Shown piece by piece: positions 10,458-22,002 of a stretch of DNA of 64,000 nt (position 1 is its first letter; every line of letters begins with the position of its first letter). Under the pieces are notes generated by a model. It saw only the letters and a program-made list of their open reading frames with translations. It made no database searches and was not told the origin of the DNA. This DNA is from Geosiphon pyriformis uo1 (taxonomy: Eukaryota; Fungi; Glomeromycota): positions 264,094-328,093 of the forward strand of contig JAAOMT010000495.1 in NCBI GenBank assembly GCA_016748015.1, written 5' to 3'. A program made the position numbers and the translations under genes.

Positions 10458-13400
10458 TCAGTTTGGTTTGGAAAATTGCTACATGCAATGCTTGGAACAT
10501 AAACAATCCTGTAAAGCAGAAAGATATTGTTTATTGACACAAAAATATGGGCAATTTGATTTCAATTATTACTGAAACTAAGTTAAAGGGTAAAGTCTGT
10601 CCATGGATTGCTGATAAGTTTGATGGTGTTTGTATCTTTATTTCTGGTGCAAACTCAGGTTACTTGGGTTCTGATGTAGTCATTATCATGGACATTTTTC
10701 TGGTTTGTCGTGTGTAAAATTTCTGAAGTGCTTGGTCAGCTCTTTTCTGTCAAGTTACTCTTCAAAAATAAGCTTTCTGTTTCGATTTTAAGACTTTATA
10801 CTGGAGTGTTCTCAGCAGTTTATTTCTTTCAAGCAAGTAATATTAACTCCATGATTGCAAAAGCTGTGAATGAATTGTCCTTTGTCATCTTAGGTGGCAA
10901 TTTTAATGAAGATGGTTTTTCTAAGAGTGCTAGTTTCAGGAAGTGCTTTAATTTGGATTTGGTCAATTCTATGGGTGGGAGCTCATTTGCAAGAACGCCA
11001 ACATGAACCAATTCTTAGGGTGTTGCTAAGACTATTAATTATGTGTTCTTTTCTTCCAATTTGGTTAATGTAATAGTATATAGTAATATCTTGGATATCA
11101 GCAAGCATTTTGACACTGATCATCATGTTGTCTTTGTGTCCATGGGTCTGGGTGGATTGTTAGATACTTAGTTAAACTCTCTTTACAAGCAAGCTAATAG
11201 AGATTATTGGAAATTTGATTTCAAAAATGCTGATGAAAATAAGTGGAATGATTTTAGGAGTGCCATATTAGCCAATACTGTGATGTTTTCAAGTAAGTTT
11301 GCTGTCTTTGTAGAGTTCTCAGATCTGGATGTTATGTAAAACATAATTCACAAGATAATGACTCTCTTGGCAAATAAAATATTCAAAAGAAAATGGTTTA
11401 AGAGTTATGATAAAGTTTTCATTAAGGAATTTTCTAGGTTTTATAAACTGGAGTTGTTGGTGTTCAAGCTGATTAAGGCTTTTTATTTGATTTCTTGTGG
11501 AGATTTTGCAGCATTGTTGAATATGTGGAGTGGACTTGACACTGCTGGTGTATTAGCGGTAAAGTTTTTATTTCTTTTAAGTTTTAATTTTAACACAATT
11601 TGTTTGGCTTTGGCTATGGCAAAAAAATTTTACTGCTCTTCTAAGATGCTGGAGTCCAAGCATACAAGAGAGTTTTGCATCAAGACAGCTATTGATAAAA
11701 AATGGAAAATTTTGAATTAGACAAGAGTCACACTATTAGGAGTGTGTTGAAGCATTTTTTTATAAGGTGGTACTGAATTATCTGGTTGCAGATAATGAAT
11801 TGGTACTGGAGTCCAATCTAGTTAAATTTAAGATAGATATAATCATAGAAGGTTGAATTAGGAAGTATAAGGTGGTGTCTGATATCTCTGACAATTAGTC
11901 TTGCCAATATCAGTCTTTGGATTATGTTTTTGATGATGCTTTTGCTAATGTAATGTGTCCAATTGTGTTCAATAAAATGTTTGTTGTAGTTTCAAATCTG
12001 CTAAATGAGAAAGCAGCTGGTCTTTCTGGTATTTTAAATAAGTTGTGGAAGCATTGTAACAAGTCAATATTGGATATGCTGATGGTGCTTTTAAACTTTT
12101 GTTTGATTTGCAAATCAGTGTCTAGGCCTTGAAAAGAAGCTTGGGTCTCAATAATTCCCAAACTTTATGAATAGAAGAATGTTCTTACAAATACCTGTTC
12201 TATTGCTCTAATTGAAACAGCTCACAAGGTCTTTTCTAAGATTTTTTTAACAAAATTTCTTTGGCTTGTAGTACTTTTGATGTTCTCCATGGAGACAACT
12301 TTTCTGTTTTGAGAGGTACATTGACACAATTTCCTATTTTTGCTATTGATTCTGTTATTGAAGATGCTTTAGAAAAAAATTGAGAGCTATGACTGGTTTT
12401 GTAGGACATGCATAAAGCCTATGACTTTGTTGGATGAAAATATCTTAAGAGAAGTTTGACTAAGATCAAGATGTATAACAAATTTATTAGATTTTTTGAA
12501 GATTTTTACAATGATCACATTAACAAAGTGATGATGAATTTTGGTCTGACTGGCAAATATTATGTTCATAATGGGTTGGATCAAGAGAAGGTTTTCTCAC
12601 TTCTTCTTTGGTGCATATTCTATGATTTGCTCTTATGTGAGGTTAAGAGACAAGAGAGCATGTGTGGTTATAAATTAAATTCTCATTTTATTTCCAAAAC
12701 TGGCAAAGCAGAATCTTAAGCCAGGTTATTCTTGTTTTTTGCTGCTGGTGTTTTTATTGATGATACAATTTGGATTGGTAGTAGCCAAGCTGCTACACAA
12801 CATATTCTCAATATTGCAAGTGAATTTTTTTGGTTTAATAACATTTCTATTAATAATAACAAAACTGTGGCCATCTCTATCAACTGTTAGGTTAAGGACT
12901 CTTATCTAACTATTAGTGGCTTGCCTATTTCTGTTGCCAAAAAAGAAGAGTTGTACTACAATCTAAGTATCTTTTTGTCTTCTGAAGGTTTGTCAAAACC
13001 TAGTCTGGCTAAGATGTATTCAGATGTTCAATTTTTTGTCAATTTTGTTTTAAGGAAGACAATTTCAGATAAACAGTTTATGTATTTGGTGTCTGCAGTT
13101 CTTTATCTAATCATCAGTTACAAAACTTAGTTCAGTTTTATTTCTGTTAGTGTATATAATAAATAAGATGCTCTCATTTGTAAAAGCTTAAAGTCTAAGT
13201 CTGATTTGCTGCTTGATTTCTTTAATAATGCAATTTATCATCCTTTTCTGTATAATTTAAAAATATTTAAACAAATTTAGGCTGAAAACAAATCAGCCTC
13301 AGTTGTTTTCTTTGCAAATTCAGTTGGTATTTTGGGCAAGTTATTTTTTCACAGATTATATAATCTTCAAGTCCTCAGTTGGCATTCATTTCACCCTTTA

Positions 13401-15136
13401 CAGTTCCTGGCTTATGTCAAAATCAATCTTTCAAATAACTTTCTGGCAGATATGGTGTGCATATTTTCTGGATATGATTTGTTTTTGGACAATTCTCTGG
13501 CCAGTGCTTTTTATTTTTAGGGTGAAACTTTTATGTCTCTTGTTCTTGGTAAGTTGATTTATCTTAAATGTGTCTCTTCATTTTGACATTATGGAATTGC
13601 TTTTGTGGACCAGCTGTGTGACTAGAGTAATGCTGTTTTTAATTAGAAAATCTTCAAGTAGTAGAAGTGATTGGATCCCCATGGCTCTGTTTCTATCTGG
13701 TTCGAACTTTCTGTTTGGTTTTTTGGTAGTATTGCTCTTCTCTCTGTCAATTCTCCACTTTTGGGTAGTCATAATTCTTTGAATATTTTTCAGTCTTGTA
13801 AGTTTGATATTGTTAGAGACAATTTGTTGCATGTTAATACTGGCTGCTTTTCTGTCTATACAGATGGATCTTTAAGTGGTTTGGGAACTTTCAATATAAA
13901 AGCTGGTGTGGCTGTTTTTTTCAAAGACATTAATTTGGGTTTGGGTGTATAGATTTCTGGTTTGTTGTTTTTCACTATGGTGAAACTACAGGCCATTGCT
14001 TTAGCTCTTAAATGTGTTCTCTTTTTTTGTTCTGTGAACCTGTTTATGAACAGCCAGGCTGTTTTAAATGTGTGCAAGTCGAATTTAAAGTTGGTTCATC
14101 TGGATTTTAGAAATTAATGTTGAATTAAATATAGTCATATTGTAAATGTTATTCATTGTAAGAATTTGGATGTCAGTTGGCATAAGATTAGAGGTCATTC
14201 TGGCATTTCAGACAATAAGTATGCTGATATGTTTGCCAAAGCAGCTGCCATCTCCAATTGACATCTACCCTATTTGGTTAGTAAATGTTATCTTAGAGCC
14301 AATGGTATTGCTGTTTCTGGTAATTCTAGACATTTTGTTTAAAAGATTTTTTGGTCTGTTTATCATGTATGCTGGAAAACTAGTTCTGGTTTCCAGATGG
14401 TAGTGGACAGTATACATGTGAATATTAATTGGTTTAGATTGTTTTTAGTGTGGCATCCTGATTTTTACTTGGTGGCTGGTTTCACTAATAAATAAATTGC
14501 TGGTTTCCAAACATATTTTATGAAAGCTTTTCATCATTGGCTTTTTGTTGCTGTACATAAATGACTATACAATAAACATTACTCCAGTGTGATTTGCTTG
14601 TTCTGTGGTGATATTAAGGTCTCAGACCATACCTTTTTTTGTCCGTTTAATGCTGCTGGTTGTGCTCAGTTGTTGAACATCCATGCTTTTATTTGGAATG
14701 TACACTCTGATTTATCTCATTCTTTTTCTTGTGTTTTGTGGTTATTGTTCTTTTGTGTTTCTAATATTGCAGTTAGCATGGCTTTGTTTAAGGTTTTTGT
14801 TTTTAATAATTGGTATTGTGAGTCTGTTTTGGTTTTCAAAGATTCTAAAATTGCAGGCCAACATATTGTGAATTTAGTGCATGAATTTTGTCTTACATTT
14901 TGAAAAGATATCTAGTCAGTTTGTGCCAAGCACCAAGTTTTTATGAAAAAAAATGGTCTGATTTTGCAAAATGGTTCTATTTTTGTCCCAGTTTTTGGTT
15001 TTCTTTCAACATTTTCAGCCAGTGTGGTTAAGTTACTGGGTATTGCTAAGACAGTTGATATGAGTTTTGGGTTTTATAAATCTTGTTTGTTTTTTTCAGA
15101 TATAGGGATATAGTCTTTGTTCATATAAGTGTTTAG
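10454..15136 (+). pseudogene. LINE-A ORF2 (APE endonuclease, RT, RNase H, CCHC)
   Basis: Domain motifs in order as listed for LINE-A; many premature stops and a few frameshifts. Confidence 0.92.
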
Positions 15137-15250
15137 TGTTGTTTTAATTAACCTGAATGGCTGGTTATGTGTAGAAAATGCATAATTCACACCTAGTTTA
15201 GATTATTTGTATGATGTATTATACTAGGCAGTATTTGGATTTCACTCATT

Positions 15251-18200
15251 TTTTTTTTTTTATTCATTTAACGAGTGAGGTCTAAATACCATTTAGAACT
15301 ATACATCAAAGAAATGATCTAAACTAAGTATGAATTATGTATTTTCTACATATAACCAGCCATTCGAGCCAGTCAGGACAACACTATGCACTTATATTAA
15401 CAGAAACCAGATCACCAATACCTAAAAAAAATACACAAGACTTGCGAAAGCCAAAATGGATCCCAAAAGCTTTAGTAATACCAAGCAATTTAATCACACC
15501 AGCTGAAAACCCTGAAACCAAACCAGAAACCAAAATGGAGATTGAGCCATCTGCTGGGATTAGGCCATTCTTTTTCATAAATGCGTGATGTTTAGCATGG
15601 ACCAACCAAATGTTATTCCTAAAAGCAAGACAAATAGATTGCACAAAATCAGCAATTTTAACACCAGCAACTTTGGGATTATGGAAGATAGAAATAGCCT
15701 CCTGAAGCTATCCATTGAAAACAAAACCTTTGTAAAAAGCTGAGAAAACTGAAAAGTCCAAAGCACAGATTGACAGCAGTTGTAATATATCCGAAGAAGG
15801 AAAAGAAAGACCAGAAAGCACTCTCCAAGAAGACATGCAAGATTCCAAGACCTGACAATGAGCTGAATCATCAATCACATAAGAAAACACATGATCAGAC
15901 ACCTCTACCTCATTACAATACAGACACAGAACACTAAGGTAATATTTATTATAAAGATGCTTTCAAACAGCCACAGAAAACTGATAGTGTAAAGCCTTTA
16001 TGAGATAAGTTCGAATATCAACAGTCAGCCTGCTGGTGAAACCAGTGGCCATATGCAAATCAGAGTGCCAAACTCTGAAAGAACAAAGCCAATCAACATC
16101 TGAATGCAAATCACCATCTAGAAATCCAGAACCAGAACCAATCTTCCAATGCACATGACAAACAGCATGAAAAACATCATGAACAAAGTGCCTAGAATTA
16201 CCAAAAACAACACCACCATCTGCCAACAAAAAATGTTCACTAACACAAGAAAAAAGATACCAACCAGAGAGAGACACAGCATTAGTGATATTATCGGCAC
16301 AATTATTCCCCAAAATACCAGAGTGGCTCTTAACTTTGTGCTATTTAACTCTTAAATTTTTACTGCAAATAACATTCCTAATATGCTGACATTTGACTCA
16401 ACACTGATTGCAAAAATCAGGACACACTAGGTCAAACTCTGACCTGAAAGCATCCAAAGCTGCCTAACTATCCAAAAACAGATGAACAGAATGAGCTACA
16501 GACACACATTCTAGAGCCAATGGTATAGTCTGCAGTTCTATCAAAGTGGATAACACTAATTCCTGAACACTGACATCCAAACCCAAATTAATGTCTTCAA
16601 AAAAGGCAGCAGCTCTGGCCCTACAACCAATCATGCCCAAATTCTTCAATAAACCATCTGTGTACACAGACAAGCTATTAATGCCAATCTGAGAAAGATG
16701 ATTACAGACAGACATAAAATCATTAGAACCACAAATGTCCAGAGGGCCAACATCAGCCAATGCTAAAGGAGAAGAATAAGGAGTTACAAGAAATACAACA
16801 GAAAGTTTGAACCATTCAGAAACCAGACCACGAGGGTCCAGCCTTTTCCACTGCTTAAATGTGTGCCAGCTAAAGACACAACCATAACAATCACAAAGCT
16901 GGTTCACAAAGACAATGCCATAATGCTGGAGAGAGAGTAAAAACTTGCAAAACAAAGACTCACCAAGAACAACAGACATAGATACTCCACCATGAAACTG
17001 GAAAGAACTGGCCAAAGAGCCACTCAAAGATAACTTGCAGTCAAAAAGAATGTAAACCATACCAGCTAAGAAATTATTAGAAACATCGACACAAATACAA
17101 GCAGGGGAAACCAATGGATAGACAGACTACCAATACAGAACCTGTAAGTTATGAGACCTGTGACTGAACAAGCACCCCAAAATCCTGCCAGAGTTTGCAA
17201 AACTAATAAGTGAAGCAACCTTACCCTCAGATTAACATTGTGAAAAAAACTTCAAACCATAAAAAGAGGGGTAGTGAATTGTATTATTAGAAAAGTCCAG
17301 TGAAAGACCAGATTTTAGTTTCAAGCTTTTGCAAATCAAAGCATCCCATTTGTTATACACACCAACAAAAACAAAGCTAAACTGTGTTTTATAACTAACA
17401 ATAGGATGAAAAACTGTCAAAACCAAATACAAGAACTGTTTATCTAAGACAGTTTTCTTCAAAACCAAATTAGTAAAAAAACAAACATCTGAATACGCTT
17501 TTACCAAACTAGGTTTAGAAAGGCCCTTAGTTGAAAGAAAAATACCCAAGTATTGATGAGACTCCTCTTTTTTGGCAATTGAAATAGGCAGACTACTAAT
17601 AAAAAGAGAAGAATTGCTGATCCTGCTGTTAATAAGAATTGCCACTGTTTTATCATTGTTAATTAAGATATTATTGATCTGAAAAAATTCACTGACAACA
17701 TTGAGAATATATTGAGTAGTGTTTTGACTGCTACCAACCCAAATCATATCATTAACAAAGACGCCAGCAGCAAAAAAGGAAGAATGCCCAGCCCAAGATT
17801 CAGCATGACCATTCTTGAAAATAAAATAAGAATTCAGTCTATATTTACATATACTCTCCTGATGCTTGACTTCACACAACAAAAGATCATAAAATATTTA
17901 CCACAAAAGGGGAAAAAAAACTTTTTCTTGATCCAGACTATCATGTACACGATAACCATCTGTCAAACCAAAATCTGTTATAACCCAGTTGGTACAATTA
18001 TTGTGAATGTTGCCAAAAAAACAAATGAATTTGCTATACATCTTAATCCTAATCAAACTATTTTTGAGATGTTTCTAGCCAACCAAATCATATGCTTTTC
18101 GCATGTTCTGCAAAACCAGCCAGAGCTCTCAGTCCTTTTCCAAAGTGTTTTTAATGACTGAACCAATTACAAAAATAGAAAACTAAGTTGTCATATCTCT

Positions 18201-21200
18201 TAAAACCAAGAAATTATTTTCATGAAGGACATCAAAAGCACTACATGCCAAGAAAATCCTGTTAGAAAAAATCTTAGAAAGAATCTTATGAGCCATTTCA
18301 ATCAAAACAATAGAATAAGTATTGGTCAAAACACTCTCTCACTCATATGGTTTGGAAATTATTAAGATCCAGGCCTCTTTTCAAGGGCCAGGCACTGATT
18401 CATTAGACAGACAAAGGTTCAAAATCACCAAAAGCATATTCAAAACAGACTTATTGCAATGTTTCCAAAATTCATTTGAGATACTAGACAAGCCAGCAGC
18501 TTTACTATCAAGCAAGTCAAAAATCACCCCAAAGAATTCATTAAAACCAATCGGGCACATTACACCAGAAAAGGCTTCATCAAAAACATATTCCAAAAGT
18601 TGATATTGATGGCACCAATCAATTAATATATCATCAGCCACATGATGCTTTCTGGTCCATCTTTTTATGATTACATCCACCTTAGACTTAACCAACTCAA
18701 GTTCCAAAATCAGATCATCATTAATCACTAGATGGTTTAGCACCATTTTATGAAACGGATGCTCCAGTACACTCCTGATTGTATGACCCTTGTTGACCTC
18801 AAAGCTTTCTATTTTTTTATTAATGGCAGACCTGATGTTTGCTTCCTTGGCTCTCAAAGATTTAGTGAGTTTGAAAGCACGATAAAACTTTCTAGCACCA
18901 AAAAGAGCAGAACAAATATGATTAGAACCAGCACCAGAATCCACCAGATTTTAAACAACAGAAAACCTGACATTGTCTACAGAACTCTAGCATTTCATAA
19001 GATAAACAAAGTTTCTAGCATCTTCTCCATATAAAGACTTAACAATCCTAGAAACCAAAAGCTCCAATTTATAAAATTTTGAAGAATCTTTGGTGAAAAC
19101 TTCATCAAACCCTTTGAACCACTTTTTTTTGAAAATTTTGTTAGCTGAAAAAGTCATAACTTTGTGTACAACACACCACATAGCATCTAAATTTAAAAAT
19201 CTCACAAACGCAGCGAATTTACCCGAAAACAATGTAGCATTGACCAGTGTAGAACTTTTAAAATTATTCCATTTAATCTTATTAGCACTCTTGAAATTGA
19301 ACTTCCATCAATCTTTATTGGCCTGTTTGCAAGGAGAGTTTAATCTAGTATCTAAAAGGCCACCCAAACCCAAAGACACAAAAACAGCTTTGTAATCCGA
19401 ATCAAAATGTTCATTGACAATGAAGACATTGCACTGCATTATTGCATTTACCAGATTCGAGAAAATAAACACATAATCAATTGTTTTTGCAACACTCCAA
19501 GAATTGCTCCAAGTCGGTGTCTTAGCAAAAGAACTTTCACTCAAAGAATTAATCAAACCAAAATCATAGCACTTTCTAAAACTAGCACACTTATGAAAAC
19601 CATTTTCATTGAAATCACCACCAAAAATGACAAAAAAAGATTCATTCATGGCTTTTGCAATCAAGGAATTGATCTCATCAGCCTAGAAAAATTGAGTAGC
19701 CAAAGAGGCACCAGCATACAGCCCCAGAATTGAAACCAAAAGTTTATTCTTGAAAAGTAACCTAATGCAGAAAAGACAACCTGGAATCTCAGAAATCTTA
19801 TATACATGCTTAGCCAAGGATCTGTTCATAACAATTGCGACACCAGCACCCACATAGCCAGAGTCCAAACCAGAAGAAAACACATAAACATCATCAAATT
19901 TGTCAACCAACCAAGGGTAAGCCTTATTTCTTAACTTTGTTTCTATGAAAATCAAAACCAAATTGTCCATATCTTTATGCCATCAAACAATATTATCCTG
20001 TTTGGCAGGATTGTTTATGCCTCTAACATTACACATAGCCACTTTCCACATTAAACTACTTATTGAAATGGAAAAAGAGCTGAAGAACTCGCACCAGAAC
20101 ACAAATGATCCAACTTTTCCAAAACTGAACTGATTGAGACCTCAAAAACTACTATTTTCAATTTCAATTCACCCACCTTGGAGATCAAAACCTTGAAAAA
20201 ACTCAAGCTAAAATCATGGACCACATCATCAACAGCTGGGAGAGGAGGAGCAGAAGCCAATAACATATCATTCACCACTTGGGCCCAAGATTTGCCACCA
20301 AAAGCAGCGGAGTAAGATATTAGAACACCTTTCTTTTCATACAACTTTGCCAACTGAAGACAACATCCATCAGATGCAACCCTTTTAAATGTTCTTGGAG
20401 GCTCAGATGGGGATGCAACAAATGTATCACATTCCAGAGCAGAATAATCAAACTCTCTGCATTTCTCACACTGAACCAGATTCATTCTTGCTCAAGAGAG
20501 TTTAATTCTGCCAAAAATTGGCTCTGTGTGAAAGACGAGTTCCAGATTATTGTCAAATTCAAAACCAACTACAGCACAATGAATCCTATTATTAGTTTCC
20601 AGAGATCTGTTTATGACGCAAGTTTTCCCACCAGTCTTTTCCAAAAGAGTTCCAAGATCATGTGCCACTGTTTCCATCAGCAAAGTAAACAAAAGCACCC
20701 TAAACTGATTCCTTGATGCCCAAGTCTTATGATCTTCCACTGTTTTGGTTATGTGCACAGAATTTTTACCAATTAAGAATGATTACTTAAAGGCTAACAA
20801 ATCAGTTTGGCTTAATTCAGCAAATTCTATCACAGCTTTTTGCCACATCCCAATTAGTTGAATTTTGATTGACTTAATTTCTCCAAATTCGGATACTGCA
20901 GCAATGATCATATCTTTAGGTGTGTTCATGGGAATTTTTTTAATTACCACAGCCTAATTTGACCTCATTTTTTGTCTCTTAAGATTGTTGTTTATGTTAA
21001 TCCCCTTTTTTCTGGCCAATGATATGGCCATTTCCATGCTTTTTTCTGAAGTAAATATTGATTAGATGATTTTTTTAAATTTTGAGGGAGTAGTGGCCCC
21101 CCAAAACCATTGACTAATGAAAAAATTTTTCTGATGTATTAAGTCTTTGCTGTCACAGATTTCCCTTCAACAGCACTAAGATTAATGTTAAGAGCAAAAA

Positions 21201-21783
21201 ACTTTCTAACAAAAACTTCAATCTGAGATTTGACAATTTTTAGATTAACTCATTTTTTTTCAAGAGAAATTTTAAGAGAGGGAGGGAGGTGCATATCATC
21301 TTCATCCATTCTATAATCAATTAAGCCAAAAGAGGAGCCACAAACCAGATTGGAAATTGCTTTTTTAGCTTTAAGGGTGTTCGTTATCAAACCAAAAAAA
21401 AAACCATCACCAGCATCAAGAGAAATATTATCATCTTGACTATCACCAGATACACTGTCCATATCCGAATACACACCATGACTAGGATCAGGTTTGGCCA
21501 AAAAAATATTTTTTTCATCTTTAAAGTGTTTGACATTACCAACAAAAACTTTTTTTTTTTAAGAAAAAAAACTCCCAACAGGACTATAAAGAACCCCTAT
21601 GGGCGCCTTCTTTTTAGGCATAGTACTATCTGAAGCAGCAGTCAAGTTTATCATGAAAAAATTATTTAATTGAGAAATGTTTGTAAGAAATAGTAAGAAA
21701 AAAATAAAAAACTTCTTTTTTAAAAAAATGCTTTTTGGGGTTTTTTGGAAGTAAAAAAGAAAGAAGTTTTTATATTTAATTAT
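15251..21783 (-). mobile_element. LINE-B: full-length non-LTR retrotransposon inserted antisense in the 3' tail of LINE-A
   Basis: Poly(A) reads as a T-run at 15251-15261, followed by the tail. ORF2 15384-20063 has IFIETKL, GGDFN, TIDYVF, FVNDM, VYTDGL; ORF1 20060-21654 has CEKCREFDYSALEC. 11-bp TSD TTTCACTCATT at 15240-15250 and 21784-21794. Confidence 0.95.
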
Positions 21784-21794
21784 TTTCACTCATT

Positions 21795-21810
21795 AAACAT
21801 AAAAAAAAAA
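21795..21810 (+). repeat. Displaced terminal bases and poly(A) of LINE-A
   Basis: AAACATAAAAAAAAAA directly follows the second TSD copy and completes the tail consensus ...CACTCRTTAAAY.AT(A)n seen in LINE-B. Confidence 0.85.
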
Positions 21811-22002
21811 TTTTTATTATAATTTATAAAAATATAAAAAATACAAATTTGATTATTATTAATAGATTATTAATAAATTATTAATAAATTTTAATATGTT
21901 TAAAATTATTAGTAATATTTTGGTATTTTTTGTAAATCTGAATTTAAAAATTAATATTAAATAAATAATTTGGTTTTATTATAATAATATCTCTTTAATT
22001 TT

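Larger units (their letters stand above)
8370..15250 (+). mobile_element. LINE-A: full-length non-LTR retrotransposon (APE-RT-RNase H), degenerate; last bases and poly(A) displaced to 21795-21810
   Basis: ORF1 from 8504. ORF2 has ATCN..INNP, GGNFN, TINYVF, FDTDH (APE), FIDDT (RT), VYTDGSL / WHKIRGHSG (RNase H) and CLFC..DH..C. 3' tail at 15137-15250. 5' boundary approximate. Confidence 0.93.

Noticed and set aside
15263-15383. Hammerhead ribozyme in the 3' tail (GTC, CTGA and GAAA present)
   Set aside because: There is no CUGANGA core, and GAAA lies in a hairpin loop rather than at the junction; the topology does not fit.
8504-21654. Alternative genetic code or programmed readthrough to explain in-frame stops
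   Set aside because: All three stop types occur at former Gln/Arg/Trp codons, at different positions in different copies. Host genes use the standard code.
8345-21821. TTTTTATTATA at 8345-8355 and 21811-21821 as the TSD of LINE-A
   Set aside because: Plausible, but low-complexity in very A/T-rich DNA with alternative matches nearby (8372-8380), so it cannot fix the 5' boundary.
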